Below are positions 47,858-56,742 of a stretch of 64,000 nucleotides of DNA, piece after piece (positions within the stretch are counted from its first letter, which is position 1; every line of letters begins with the position of its first letter). The translations under genes and the position numbers were made by a program. The DNA is taken from positions 3,810 through 67,809 of the forward strand of contig CAZKYO010000006.1 of NCBI GenBank assembly GCA_964557115.1, in the 5' to 3' direction. The notes beneath the pieces were generated by a model. That model made no database searches. It worked only from the letters and a program-made list of their open reading frames with translations, and was not told the DNA's origin. This DNA comes from an uncultured Gemmatimonadaceae bacterium (GTDB lineage Bacteria > Gemmatimonadota > Gemmatimonadetes > Gemmatimonadales > GWC2-71-9).

Positions 47858-48880
47858 GTGGCATTGTCGCAGAAGCACCTGGTGACTGGCGCGGCGGGGT
47901 TCATCGGCTACCACGTGGCCGAGCGGCTGCTCGATCGCGGGGACGAGGTCGTCGGGCTCGACAACCTCAACCCGTACTACGACCCGACCCTCAAGCAGGC
48001 GCGGCTCGAACGGCTGCGCCGCCACCCCGGCTTCCGGTTCGTGCAGCTCGACATCGCCGACCGCGACGGGATGGAGGCGCTGTTCGCCGCCGAGCGCTTC
48101 CCCCGCGCGATCCACCTCGCCGCGCAGGCCGGGGTGCGGTATTCGGTCAGCCACCCCCACGCCTACGTGAACAGCAACGTGACCGGCTTCCTTCACGTGC
48201 TGGAGGGGTGCCGCCACCAGGGCGTCGAGCACCTCACCTACGCCAGCACGTCGTCGGTGTACGGGATGAACACCGCGATGCCGTTCTCCGTCCACCAGAA
48301 CGTGGACCATCCGGTGTCGCTCTACGCGGCCACGAAGAAGGCGAACGAGCTGATGGCGCACTCGTACAGCCACCTGTACGGCCTGCCGACCACCGGCCTG
48401 CGGTTCTTCACGGTCTACGGCCCGTGGGGCCGACCGGACATGGCGCTGTTCCTGTTCACCAAGGCGATCCTGGCCGGGCAGCCGATCGAGGTCTTCAACC
48501 ACGGTCGGATGCAGCGCGATTTCACCTACGTGAGCGACATCGTCGAGGGCGTGGTGCGTGCGTCCGACCGGACGGCGACCGCCAACCGCGAGTGGGCGAG
48601 CGACCTGCCCGATCCGGCGACGAGCGCGGCGCCCTACCGGCTCTACAACATCGGCAACAGCGCGCCGACCCCGCTGCTCGACATGATCACCGCGCTGGAG
48701 CGCCACCTGGGCCGGACGGCCGAGAAGGTGATGGTGCCGATGCAGATGGGCGACGTCCCCGCGACGTGGGCCGACGTGTCGGATCTCGCACGCGACGTCG
48801 ATTTCCATCCCGGCACGCCGGTCGACGTGGGGGTCGGGAAGTTCGTGGAGTGGTACCGCGAGTTCTACGGCGTGAGCTGA
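47858..48880 (+). CDS. NAD-dependent nucleotide-sugar epimerase (UDP-glucuronate 4-epimerase-like)
   Basis: [12 protein letters not shown] and YAATKKANE motifs. The start could instead be TTG 47864. Confidence 0.85.
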   Translation: MALSQKHLVTGAAGFIGYHVAERLLDRGDEVVGLDNLNPYYDPTLKQARLERLRRHPGFRFVQLDIADRDGMEALFAAERFPRAIHLAAQAGVRYSVSHPHAYVNSNVTGFLHVLEGCRHQGVEHLTYASTSSVYGMNTAMPFSVHQNVDHPVSLYAATKKANELMAHSYSHLYGLPTTGLRFFTVYGPWGRPDMALFLFTKAILAGQPIEVFNHGRMQRDFTYVSDIVEGVVRASDRTATANREWASDLPDPATSAAPYRLYNIGNSAPTPLLDMITALERHLGRTAEKVMVPMQMGDVPATWADVSDLARDVDFHPGTPVDVGVGKFVEWYREFYGVS

Positions 48881-49941
48881 GGGGCGACGGCCTTCCGCCA
48901 GAGCGTCGCCATCCGCTCGGCGATCGGTCCGTCGCCGTAGGCCTCCAGCACCCGCTCGCGGGCCTTGGCCCCGAGGGCCCGGGTCCGGCTCGGATCCTCG
49001 ACCAGCCGCTGCAGCGCCCGGGCCAGCGCCGGCCGGTCGTCCTCGTCCACCACCATTCCCGCATCCGCCACCACGTCGGGCAGCGCCCCGCACCGCGAGA
49101 CGACCGCGGCGATGCCGTGCGCCATCGCCTCGAGGACGACTGCCCCCGTCGGCTCGACCCAGGTCGGAGTGGAGCGTGACGGGGCCACGATCGCGTCGAT
49201 CGTCGGGAGCACCGCCGCCAGGTCCTCGCGCGGCAGGCCGCCGAGCCACTCCAGCCGAGACGCCAGCCCCAGCCGCTGGGCCTGGGCCTCCAGCGCCTCC
49301 TGGCTCGGCCCGGTCCCCACGATGCGCACCCGCCATTCGCCGAACACCTCCGACAGGGCGTCGAGGAGGAGGTCGAGGCCGCGCTCGGGCACCAGGCGTC
49401 CGAACACGCCGAAGGTCGGATACTCCGGCGCGGGCCGTCCCGGCAGGGCAGGAGGGATCTCGATCCCCGGCATCGGCACGACGGCCCGCGGGCCGGCCTC
49501 CGCATCGCGAGCGAGGTGATCGAGTGCCGGCTTGACGATCCCGGCCAGGCCGGCGGCGCCGTTGCGGATCCGGTTCGCCTGCCAGCGCGCCGTCATCCCC
49601 TTGGGTCCGCCGATGCTGGAGGTCCCCACCAGCACGTACGGCACCTTGAGGTCGCGCGCGGCGGCCGCGCCGCTCTCGGCCGTCGGCGTCCACGGATCGC
49701 CGACGATGTGGAGCAGCGCCGGACCGAGGTCGCGGACCAGGGTGCGGAGCGACTTCCGCGACCAACGCAGGTCGATCGGATCCTCGGGGTGGCCGCGCGT
49801 CACGACGCGGACGTAGCGGACCAGGCCGTCGGTCTCGGTCTCGCCGCGCGCCCGCGCGACGACCGGTTCGACGCCGAGGGCGACCAGCGAGTGCAGCACG
49901 CCGCGGGCGGGCGGCTCGGGGGCAAGGATCAGGACGCGCAC
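48865..49941 (-). CDS. Glycosyltransferase family 4 (GT-B, group 1)
   Basis: C-terminal EPTG..VLEAMA.G..VV motif. The 3' end overlaps the convergent epimerase gene by 16 nt. Confidence 0.8.
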   Translation of the reverse strand: MRVLILAPEPPARGVLHSLVALGVEPVVARARGETETDGLVRYVRVVTRGHPEDPIDLRWSRKSLRTLVRDLGPALLHIVGDPWTPTAESGAAAARDLKVPYVLVGTSSIGGPKGMTARWQANRIRNGAAGLAGIVKPALDHLARDAEAGPRAVVPMPGIEIPPALPGRPAPEYPTFGVFGRLVPERGLDLLLDALSEVFGEWRVRIVGTGPSQEALEAQAQRLGLASRLEWLGGLPREDLAAVLPTIDAIVAPSRSTPTWVEPTGAVVLEAMAHGIAAVVSRCGALPDVVADAGMVVDEDDRPALARALQRLVEDPSRTRALGAKARERVLEAYGDGPIAERMATLWRKAVAPQLTP

Positions 49942-49979
49942 CGCACAAAGATGGCCGGGGAGCCGTTACTTTCCACCCT

Positions 49980-51065
49980 ATGCGGATCCTCCAGCTCGCG
50001 AAGTACTACTGGCCGCACTCCGGCGGGATGGAGCGCGTGGTGCAGGGACTGGCCGAAGGGCTGGTCGATCGCGGTCACGAGGTGGAGGTGATCGCCGTCA
50101 CCGCCTTCGGGGATCCGCGGCCCGGCCAGAAGCGCCGGGCCGCCGTGCGGCGCGCCTGGTCGTTCGCGCCGGTCGGCTCCCAGGAGCTTGCCCCGGCCTA
50201 CATCCCGGCCATCTGGCGGCGCGCCGACGTCATCCACCTGCACCACCCGCACTCGCTGGCGGACGTGAGCTACGCCCTGCGTCCGTCGCTGGCGCCGCTC
50301 GTGGTCACCCAGCACGCCGACTACCCGAGCCTCAAGTACAAGCTGCCGGGCTGGTACGTCCTCCGACGTGCCGAGGCGATCGTCGTCCCGAGCCGGGCCC
50401 ACATCGCGATCTCCCGCGAGCTCAAGGGCATCGAGGAGAAGGTCGAGGTCATCCCGTTCGGGATCGACGAGCGCCGCTGGGAGATCGTCCCGCCTCCCCC
50501 GCCAGGCAATCCCCCCAAGGCCCTCTTCATCGGTCGCCTGGTCCCGTTCAAGGGGGTCGACTTCCTGCTCCGCGCCCTCGAGCTCGTGCCCGATCTGCGG
50601 CTCGACATCGTGGGCGACGGACCGGAACGCAACCGCCTCAAGACGCTCGCCGCCGCGCTGGCGGTGACCGAGCGGGTGAAGTTCTGGGGCGAGTATCCCG
50701 ACGAGGACCTCACCAGACGGATGGCGGACGCCGACTTCCTCGTCCTGCCGTCGGTCACCGTGGAGGAGATGTTCGGGATGGTGCTGCTCGAGGCGATGGC
50801 GGCAGGCCGCCCGGTCATCACCACGGCGGTCCCGTCCGGCGTCCGCGAGGTGAACGTCCCGGGGGTCACGGGACTCGAGGTGCCGATCCGCGATCCGCGG
50901 GCACTCGCCGATGCGATGCGCCTCCTGGCCGGCGATCCGGGGCTGCGGGAACGGCTCGGGGCGGCGGGGCGGGCACGGGTGCGGGAACACTACACGGTCG
51001 CGAAGATGACCGACGCGCACATCGATCTCTACGAACGGGTCCGGGGTCCACGCCACCAGCGCTGA
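49980..51065 (+). CDS. Glycosyltransferase family 4 (GT-B, group 1)
   Basis: E.FGMVLLEAMAAGRPVI motif, GT4 N-domain. Divergent from the previous glycosyltransferase. Confidence 0.8.
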   Translation: MRILQLAKYYWPHSGGMERVVQGLAEGLVDRGHEVEVIAVTAFGDPRPGQKRRAAVRRAWSFAPVGSQELAPAYIPAIWRRADVIHLHHPHSLADVSYALRPSLAPLVVTQHADYPSLKYKLPGWYVLRRAEAIVVPSRAHIAISRELKGIEEKVEVIPFGIDERRWEIVPPPPPGNPPKALFIGRLVPFKGVDFLLRALELVPDLRLDIVGDGPERNRLKTLAAALAVTERVKFWGEYPDEDLTRRMADADFLVLPSVTVEEMFGMVLLEAMAAGRPVITTAVPSGVREVNVPGVTGLEVPIRDPRALADAMRLLAGDPGLRERLGAAGRARVREHYTVAKMTDAHIDLYERVRGPRHQR

Positions 51066-51176
51066 GCGGGCACTCAGCCGGCCGGCTGGGATGGGGGTGG
51101 GGGTATACCGCGTCCGTGGTGTGGAAAAGAAGTAACTTGAACGCTGAACCGCAACACAATGTCGATAAAGTATTTA

Positions 51177-51250
51177 GGCCCCGTAGCTCAGGTGGTTAGA
51201 GCACCGGACTCATAATCCGAGGGTCGAGGGTTCGAACCCCTCCGGGGCCA
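51177..51250 (+). tRNA. tRNA with CAT anticodon (elongator Met or lysidine-dependent Ile2). No encoded CCA.
   Basis: Cloverleaf read by eye: acceptor GGCCCCG/CGGGGCC, D stem GCTC/GAGC, anticodon loop CTCATAA, T arm GAGGG-TTCGAAC-CCCTC. The GGCCCC acceptor start resembles E. coli ileX. Confidence 0.9.
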
Positions 51251-51300
51251 CTGTCTTGTCAGTCGATCCGAAGGGTGGTATGATCCGCTCCCGCTCGAGC

Positions 51301-51374
51301 GGGCGATTAGCTCAGCTGGTTAGAGCGCGCGCCTCACATGCGCGAGGTCGGGGGTTCAAGTCCCTCATCGCCCA
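51301..51374 (+). tRNA. tRNA-Val (CAC anticodon). No encoded CCA.
   Basis: Acceptor GGGCGAT/ATCGCCC, D stem GCTC/GAGC, anticodon arm CGCGC-CTCACAT-GCGCG, T arm GGGGG-TTCAAGT-CCCTC. Confidence 0.9.
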
Positions 51375-51461
51375 TCGCCCCGAACCATCCCGCTGGGTGG
51401 AGAGGGTCGCCGAGTCAGTCAGTGAGTTGGAGCCTCCCGGGCTGGCTCGGACCGAAAATCA

Positions 51462-51493
51462 GGACGGCCGCGATCTTCCAGGATCGCGGCCGT
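51462..51493 (+). terminator. 13-bp hairpin (GACGGCCGCGATC ttccag GATCGCGGCCGTC) downstream of the tRNA pair
   Basis: Perfect stem read directly, followed by TCTCTGCTTGT (only weakly T-rich). Confidence 0.5.
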
Positions 51494-51572
51494 CTCTGCT
51501 TGTGGGAAAGCGCTGGAATACCCTGACAATCAACAGCTTGCGTGGATTGTTGAAAAGTAGGATGTGGACAAG

Positions 51573-52574
51573 TCAGGTGCCGTGGTACCTGTCGCAGGCC
51601 TCGAGCAACTCGCTGGGCGACACGGTCGCGGCGCCCTGCTTGCCGACCTCCACCCCGGCGGCCAGGTTCGCGAGCCAGGCCGCCTCCTCGACGGTCGCTC
51701 CCGCCGCCAGGGCGAGTCCCACCCACGCGGTGACCGTGTCACCCGCCCCCGACACGTCGAAGACTTCCAGCGCGATGCTCGGCGTCCGGCGGACCACTCC
51801 GTCACCGCCGACCAGCGCCATCCCCTCGGCTCCCAGGGTGGTGAGCAGGTGCTCGACGCCGAGGGCGACTCGCGCTTCGGCGAGTTCGGCGCCGTCGCCG
51901 CTGAGCCTGGTCCGGAGCGCCTTGGAGAGTTCGAGGCGGTTCGGCTTGAGGACCGTCGCCCGGCCGAACTCCCCCAGGTGCCGCTCACGCGGATCGGCGA
52001 CCACCGGGAGGTTCAAGTCGCTGGCCCGGTCGATCAGTTCGCGGATCAGCGCGGCGTCGAAGACACCCTTGTCGTAGTCCTCGAGCAGGAGGACGTCCGC
52101 CTCCTCGATGGCGGCCAGCGCGCCATCCCGGATGGCGTCGCGGTGCCGATCGGCCAGCGGGTTGTCCACCTCGCGGTCGATCCGGACCACCTGCTGGCCC
52201 CGGGCGAGGATCCGCGTCTTGGTGGTGGTGGGGCGCCCGGCGACGGTCTGGAGCCCGTCGGTGGCGATCGCCAGCGAGGTCAGGGTCTCGCGGAGGAGCG
52301 CCGCGGCGTCATCATCCCCGACCACCCCGACCAGTCCGACGGTCGCGCCGAGGGCGGCCACGTTCGCCGCGACGTTGGCCGCGCCGCCGGGGGTCACCCA
52401 GTCATCCGAGACGCTGACCACCGGGACCGGCGCCTCGGGCGAGATCCGCTCGACGTCACCCTGGAGGTAGCGGTCGAGCATCACGTCGCCCACCACGGCG
52501 GCGTGGAGGCCCTGCATCCGGTCCAGCAGCTCGGCGACGCGCGCCCGGGAGAGTTCCGCGATGGTGGTGCTCAT
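51573..52574 (-). CDS. D-glycero-beta-D-manno-heptose-7-phosphate kinase (RfaE domain I / HldA, PfkB family)
   Basis: VVGDVMLDRY..G...RISPEAPVPVV N-terminal signature and DVSGAGDTV PfkB motif. Start set to Met 22 of the track ORF. Confidence 0.8.
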   Translation of the reverse strand: MSTTIAELSRARVAELLDRMQGLHAAVVGDVMLDRYLQGDVERISPEAPVPVVSVSDDWVTPGGAANVAANVAALGATVGLVGVVGDDDAAALLRETLTSLAIATDGLQTVAGRPTTTKTRILARGQQVVRIDREVDNPLADRHRDAIRDGALAAIEEADVLLLEDYDKGVFDAALIRELIDRASDLNLPVVADPRERHLGEFGRATVLKPNRLELSKALRTRLSGDGAELAEARVALGVEHLLTTLGAEGMALVGGDGVVRRTPSIALEVFDVSGAGDTVTAWVGLALAAGATVEEAAWLANLAAGVEVGKQGAATVSPSELLEACDRYHGT

Positions 52575-52636
52575 GGCCGAAAGGTAGACCCGGCGAGGTG
52601 ACGGACGCGACCGTGCCCGGGTATCTTCGCCCCCCA

Positions 52637-53638
52637 ATGGCTGACCTCGAACTGGTGGACCTTCGCGGCGGGCTGGTCGAGTCCCGGCACCGCATCGCGC
52701 TGACCGTGGTGACCGCCGCCGGGCAGGTGATCGCCGGCGACCGGGGCCGGGGTGAGCCGGTCTTCTGGCGCTCCTGCGCCAAGCCGTTCCAGCTCTACCC
52801 GCTGCTCGCCCGTGGCGGGGCGGAGCGGTTCGGGCTCACCGCCGGCATGCTGGCGCTGGCCTGTGCCTCGCACAGCGCCGAGCCGATGCACCGGGAGCTC
52901 GCCGCCGCGTGGCTCGCCGCGATCGGCCTGGGGGAGGATGCCCTGGCCTGTGGTGGGCATCCGTCGCTGTCGCCCTCGGTGGCGGAGCAGATGATTCGGG
53001 ACGGCGTCCACCCGGGTCCACTCTGGAGCAATTGCTCCGGGAAGCACTCGGCACTGCTGGCCCTCGCCGTGCTCGAAGGCTGGCCCACCGCGGGGTACGA
53101 GCGGGTGGGCCATCCGGTGCAGGAGGCGGTGGCCGCCTCGCTCGCCCGCTGGACCGACATGGCCCCGTCCGAGCTGCTCTGGGGCGTCGATGGGTGCACC
53201 GCCGCCGCGGTCGCGACGCCGCTCGATCGCCTCGCGCTCGCCTGGGCGCGGCTCGGTGCCGACCCGGACCCGTCGCTCGCCGCGATCCGTGCCGCGATGA
53301 TGGCCCATCCGGAGATCGTCGCCGGCTCCGACCGCCTCGACACCAAGCTGATGCAGGCCTGGCCGGGCCGGGTGATCGTGAAGGTCGGCGCGGAGGGCGT
53401 CTACGCCGCCGCGCTGCCGGGCCTGGGGCTCGGCCTGGCCCTCAAGGTGGAAGACGGCGACATGCGCGCCGCAGGGATCGCGCTGGTCTCGGTCCTGGAG
53501 CGCGTGCTGGCGCTCATGGCCCCCGACGGCGATTGGCCGCTCGAGGCAGTCCGGGGGTGGCACGAACCGGCGATCCGGAACACCCGAGGCGAGGTGACCG
53601 GCCGGACCGAGTTCCGCGGCACCATCGCCTCGTCGTGA
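52637..53638 (+). CDS. Asparaginase-II family (PF06089-like) protein
   Basis: ESRHR, SCAKPFQ, ACASHSAEP.H, NCSGKH and KVGAEGVY motifs. The start is ATG 52637 or GTG 52598. Confidence 0.7.
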   Translation: MADLELVDLRGGLVESRHRIALTVVTAAGQVIAGDRGRGEPVFWRSCAKPFQLYPLLARGGAERFGLTAGMLALACASHSAEPMHRELAAAWLAAIGLGEDALACGGHPSLSPSVAEQMIRDGVHPGPLWSNCSGKHSALLALAVLEGWPTAGYERVGHPVQEAVAASLARWTDMAPSELLWGVDGCTAAAVATPLDRLALAWARLGADPDPSLAAIRAAMMAHPEIVAGSDRLDTKLMQAWPGRVIVKVGAEGVYAAALPGLGLGLALKVEDGDMRAAGIALVSVLERVLALMAPDGDWPLEAVRGWHEPAIRNTRGEVTGRTEFRGTIASS

Positions 53639-53648
53639 GGAGCGAGGG

Positions 53649-54296
53649 ATGAGCGAGGAGACACTCGACACGCTGGACGAACCGACCCGGGCGCTGGTCG
53701 CCCTGGCCGCCGCGATCGCGCAGGGTGAGGAGCCCGAGGTGCGCAAGCGCGTCACCGGCGCGGTGGCCGCCGGCGTCCCGCCGCGCTGGGGCGACGAGTT
53801 GCTGCTCCAGTCGGTGCTCATGGTCGGCTGGCCGCGCAGCCTCGTGGCCGCCGCACTCTGGCGGAAGGCGATCGGGCAGCCGGCCAGCGGGGACGACGCC
53901 GACCTGCATTATGCCGACCATCCCGACTGGACCGCGCGCGGCGAGGAAACCTGCCGCACGGTCTACGGCGACAACTACGCCAAGCTCCGCAAGAACGTCC
54001 GGGAACTGCACCCCGCGCTCGACGCCTGGATGGTGACCGAGGGTTACGGCCGCACGATGTCGCGCCCGGGACTCGACCTGCTGCGCCGGGAGCTCTGCGT
54101 GATCGCGCAGACGGCGGTGCTCAACACCCCGCGCCAGCTCCACTCGCACCTCCGCGGCGCGCTCAACGCCGGCGCCTCGTTTGCGCAGGTCGATGCCGCC
54201 CTCGGCGAAGTGAACGCCTTCGTGAGCTACGACGACTGGAAGGCGATCAAGGAGCTGTGGGAGCAGGTGCAGGACAGCTGGAGCCCGCTGGCGTGA
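53649..54296 (+). CDS. Carboxymuconolactone-decarboxylase/AhpD-like family protein
   Basis: All-helical. Two AhpD-like halves by eye. This is a weak call. Confidence 0.45.
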   Translation: MSEETLDTLDEPTRALVALAAAIAQGEEPEVRKRVTGAVAAGVPPRWGDELLLQSVLMVGWPRSLVAAALWRKAIGQPASGDDADLHYADHPDWTARGEETCRTVYGDNYAKLRKNVRELHPALDAWMVTEGYGRTMSRPGLDLLRRELCVIAQTAVLNTPRQLHSHLRGALNAGASFAQVDAALGEVNAFVSYDDWKAIKELWEQVQDSWSPLA

Positions 54297-55372
54297 GCTT
54301 CGTCGATCGGGTCACGGTCGAGGTGCATGGCGGTCGCGGCGGCGACGGCGCCTGCTCCTTCGCGCGCTTCAAGTACCAGCCCAAGGGCGGCCCCGACGGC
54401 GGCGACGGCGGCGGCGGCGGGTCGGTCTGGCTGCGGGCGGACAACAACCTCGCCACGCTGCTCGACTACCGCTATCACGCGATCTGGAAGGCCGATCGCG
54501 GCGTGCACGGCAAGGGGAAGCAGATGACCGGCGCGACCGCCGAGGACGTCTACCTCCCGGTGCCGCCGGGGACGCAGGCGATCGACGCGACCACCGGCCA
54601 GCCGATCGGCGAGGTGCTGGTGCACGGCGACGTGCTGCGCCTCGCGCGCGGCGGCCGCGGCGGCCGCGGCAACGCGCGCTTCGCCTCCTCCACGCATCGC
54701 GCGCCGCGCGAGTGGGAAGAGGGCGGCGAGGGCGAGGAGCGGCGCATCGAGTTGGTGCTCAAGCTGATCGCCGACATCGGCCTGGTGGGCGAGCCGAACG
54801 CGGGAAAGAGCACCCTGCTCTCGGTGATCAGTGCCGCCCGCCCGAAGATTGCCGACTATCCCTTCACGACGCTCGAGCCGAACCTCGGCGTCGTCGGGCT
54901 GTCGGGCTCGCGGACGTTCGTGGTGGCCGACATCCCGGGGATCATCGAGGGCGCGCACGAAGGGAAGGGACTGGGGCTCAAGTTCCTGCAGCACGTGGAA
55001 CGGACCCGCGCGCTGGCCTACCTGCTGCCGCTCGACGGCACCGACGCGCAGGCCACGTTCGAGCGGTTGCGGCGCGAGGTGGAGCTGTACAGCGCGGCGC
55101 TCGCGCGGAAGCCCTTCGTGGTCGTGCTGTCGAAGCGCGACCTGCTGGCCGAGGGCGACCCGCTCCCGACGCTCGAGCTGGTGGGTGCCCGCGCCGAGGT
55201 GGCGCTCTCGGCGGTGAGCGGTCGCGGGATCGAGGAGCTGAAGGAGACGCTCTGGGCGCTGGTGCGCGACATTCGCGACGCCGAGGAGATCGAGGAACCC
55301 GACGCCACGGGAGAGGCGACCGATGACGACTGGGACCTCGACTGGGGAGAGACCGACTCGGGCGTCGACTGA
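54293..55372 (+). CDS. obg: GTPase Obg/CgtA
   Basis: FVDRVTVEVHGGRGGDGACSFARFKYQPKGGPDGGDGG glycine-rich Obg fold. G1 GEPNAGKST, G3 DIPG, G4 SKRD. GTG 54293 overlaps the upstream stop. Confidence 0.93.
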   Translation: MSFVDRVTVEVHGGRGGDGACSFARFKYQPKGGPDGGDGGGGGSVWLRADNNLATLLDYRYHAIWKADRGVHGKGKQMTGATAEDVYLPVPPGTQAIDATTGQPIGEVLVHGDVLRLARGGRGGRGNARFASSTHRAPREWEEGGEGEERRIELVLKLIADIGLVGEPNAGKSTLLSVISAARPKIADYPFTTLEPNLGVVGLSGSRTFVVADIPGIIEGAHEGKGLGLKFLQHVERTRALAYLLPLDGTDAQATFERLRREVELYSAALARKPFVVVLSKRDLLAEGDPLPTLELVGARAEVALSAVSGRGIEELKETLWALVRDIRDAEEIEEPDATGEATDDDWDLDWGETDSGVD

Positions 55373-56456
55373 CCCCGACGAGCGGGCCGCCTGGCTCGCA
55401 CTCGCGCTGGTGCCCGGCCTGGGCGCGCGGCGCATCGCCACCCTCATCCAGCAGTTCGGTTCCGCCGCCGCGGTTCTCGCGGCGCCGCCCGCGGCCCTCG
55501 GCGAGGTGCTGCAGATGGGCGCGGCGCTGGTGCGGCGGGTGCAGGCCGTGCGTGCCGACGCGATCGCGGCCCTCGTCGCCCGGGCGGAGGCACTCGGCCA
55601 GCGCGTGCTGGTGCCCTCGGATCCCGAATTTCCGTCGCGACTCCGATCGATTCCCGATCCGCCCCCGGTGCTGTTCGCCCGTGGCTCGCTCGAGGTGCTC
55701 GGGCTCCGGGCGGTCGCGATCGTCGGCTCGCGCGACCACACGCGTTACGGCGCCGAGACGGCGTCACGGCTGGCGGAAGTGGCGGCGTCCGCCGGCGTCG
55801 TGGTGGTGAGCGGGATGGCGCGCGGACTCGACGCGGTGGCGCAGGGTGCCGCGGTGCGGGCCGGCGGGCGCAGCGTCGGCGTGCTCGGGACCGGGGTCGA
55901 TCGGGTCTATCCGGTGCAGAACCGAGAGCTGTTCGCGCAGGTCGTGGAGCACGGCGCCTTGATCAGCGAGCACCCGCCGGGCGATCGAGGACATCGCGGC
56001 GCCTTCCCGCGACGCAATCGACTGATTTCGGGCCTCGCCGACGCACTGCTCGTGGTGGAGGCGGCGGAGGGATCGGGGACGCTGATCACCGTCAACTGCG
56101 CACTCGAGCAGGGGAGGGAGGTACTCGCGGTGCCGGGACCGATCACCTCGCCGACGTCGCGCGGCACCAATCGCCTGCTGCGCGACGGCGCGACGCCGAT
56201 CCTCGATCCCGACGACCTGCTCGTCGCGCTCGGCCTCGATGGGCCTGCCGTGGCGACCACACCCGTCACGCCGCCCTGTTCGTTGTCGCCCGAAGAGGCG
56301 CGCGTGTTCGACGCGCTGTCGGCCGAACCGACCCAGCTCGACGACCTGGCGCTCGCGCTCGGCCTCCCGATCGGGACGTTGCTCGGCACGCTGCTCGGAT
56401 TGGAATTGGGTGGGCTGGTCGAGCAACTGCCGGGGTCGGTGTTCACGCGCCGCTGA
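55323..56456 (+). CDS. dprA: DNA-processing protein DprA (Smf)
   Basis: Rossmann-like core (IVGSRD.T.YG, SGMARGLDA.AQGAA, GVLGTGVDRVYP), C-terminal winged-helix-like region. The start is uncertain (50-nt overlap with obg if ATG 55323). Confidence 0.85.
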   Translation: MTTGTSTGERPTRASTDPDERAAWLALALVPGLGARRIATLIQQFGSAAAVLAAPPAALGEVLQMGAALVRRVQAVRADAIAALVARAEALGQRVLVPSDPEFPSRLRSIPDPPPVLFARGSLEVLGLRAVAIVGSRDHTRYGAETASRLAEVAASAGVVVVSGMARGLDAVAQGAAVRAGGRSVGVLGTGVDRVYPVQNRELFAQVVEHGALISEHPPGDRGHRGAFPRRNRLISGLADALLVVEAAEGSGTLITVNCALEQGREVLAVPGPITSPTSRGTNRLLRDGATPILDPDDLLVALGLDGPAVATTPVTPPCSLSPEEARVFDALSAEPTQLDDLALALGLPIGTLLGTLLGLELGGLVEQLPGSVFTRR

Positions 56457-56474
56457 AGCCCCGGGCGTGGGCTC

Positions 56475-56570
56475 GGCACGATGAGGCGGCCCGGCGTCCC
56501 CGACCGGTCTCGAAGGCGGGCTCCCCGACATGCCACGGGGTCGAACAACGCCGGGCCGCCCCATCGTGCC
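56475..56570 (+). repeat. Hairpin element B1 (same family as A1/A2)
   Basis: 22-nt arms GGCACGATGAGGCGGCCCGGCG / CGCCGGGCCGCCCCATCGTGCC (one A:C mismatch). The interior is TCCC-CGACC...GGTCG-AACAA. Confidence 0.85.
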
Positions 56571-56602
56571 GGCCGCTGATCGCTTCGATCGTCGCCGTGC
56601 GA

Positions 56603-56695
56603 CTCGCGCGTGCCGGCCTGGGCTTGTTCGACCGCTCGCCCTACGAGGAGTATGACCGCCGAGAAGGTCGGGGAGCCCGGGCCGGCATGCGCGAG
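56603..56695 (-). repeat. Hairpin element B2 (same family, opposite orientation)
   Basis: 21-nt arms CTCGCGCGTGCCGGCCTGGGC / GCCCGGGCCGGCATGCGCGAG (19 Watson-Crick pairs + 2 G:T). The forward strand reads TTGTT-CGACC...GGTCG-GGGA. Confidence 0.85.
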
Positions 56696-56742
56696 ACGGC
56701 CGCGGCGGGACTCGGTCGCCAAATCGGGGCATATTTCAAGAC

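Noticed and set aside
51066-51572. tRNA-associated genomic island or integration scar around the tRNA pair
   Set aside because: There is no integrase or excisionase, and I found no direct repeat of either tRNA 3' end downstream. The flanking genes (glycosyltransferases, heptose kinase) form a coherent LPS/glycan set with the same composition as the rest of the window.
51256-52077. 273-aa + strand ORF downstream of the first tRNA
   Set aside because: It runs straight through the tRNA-Val gene and then antisense through the heptose kinase gene. It is a spurious open frame.
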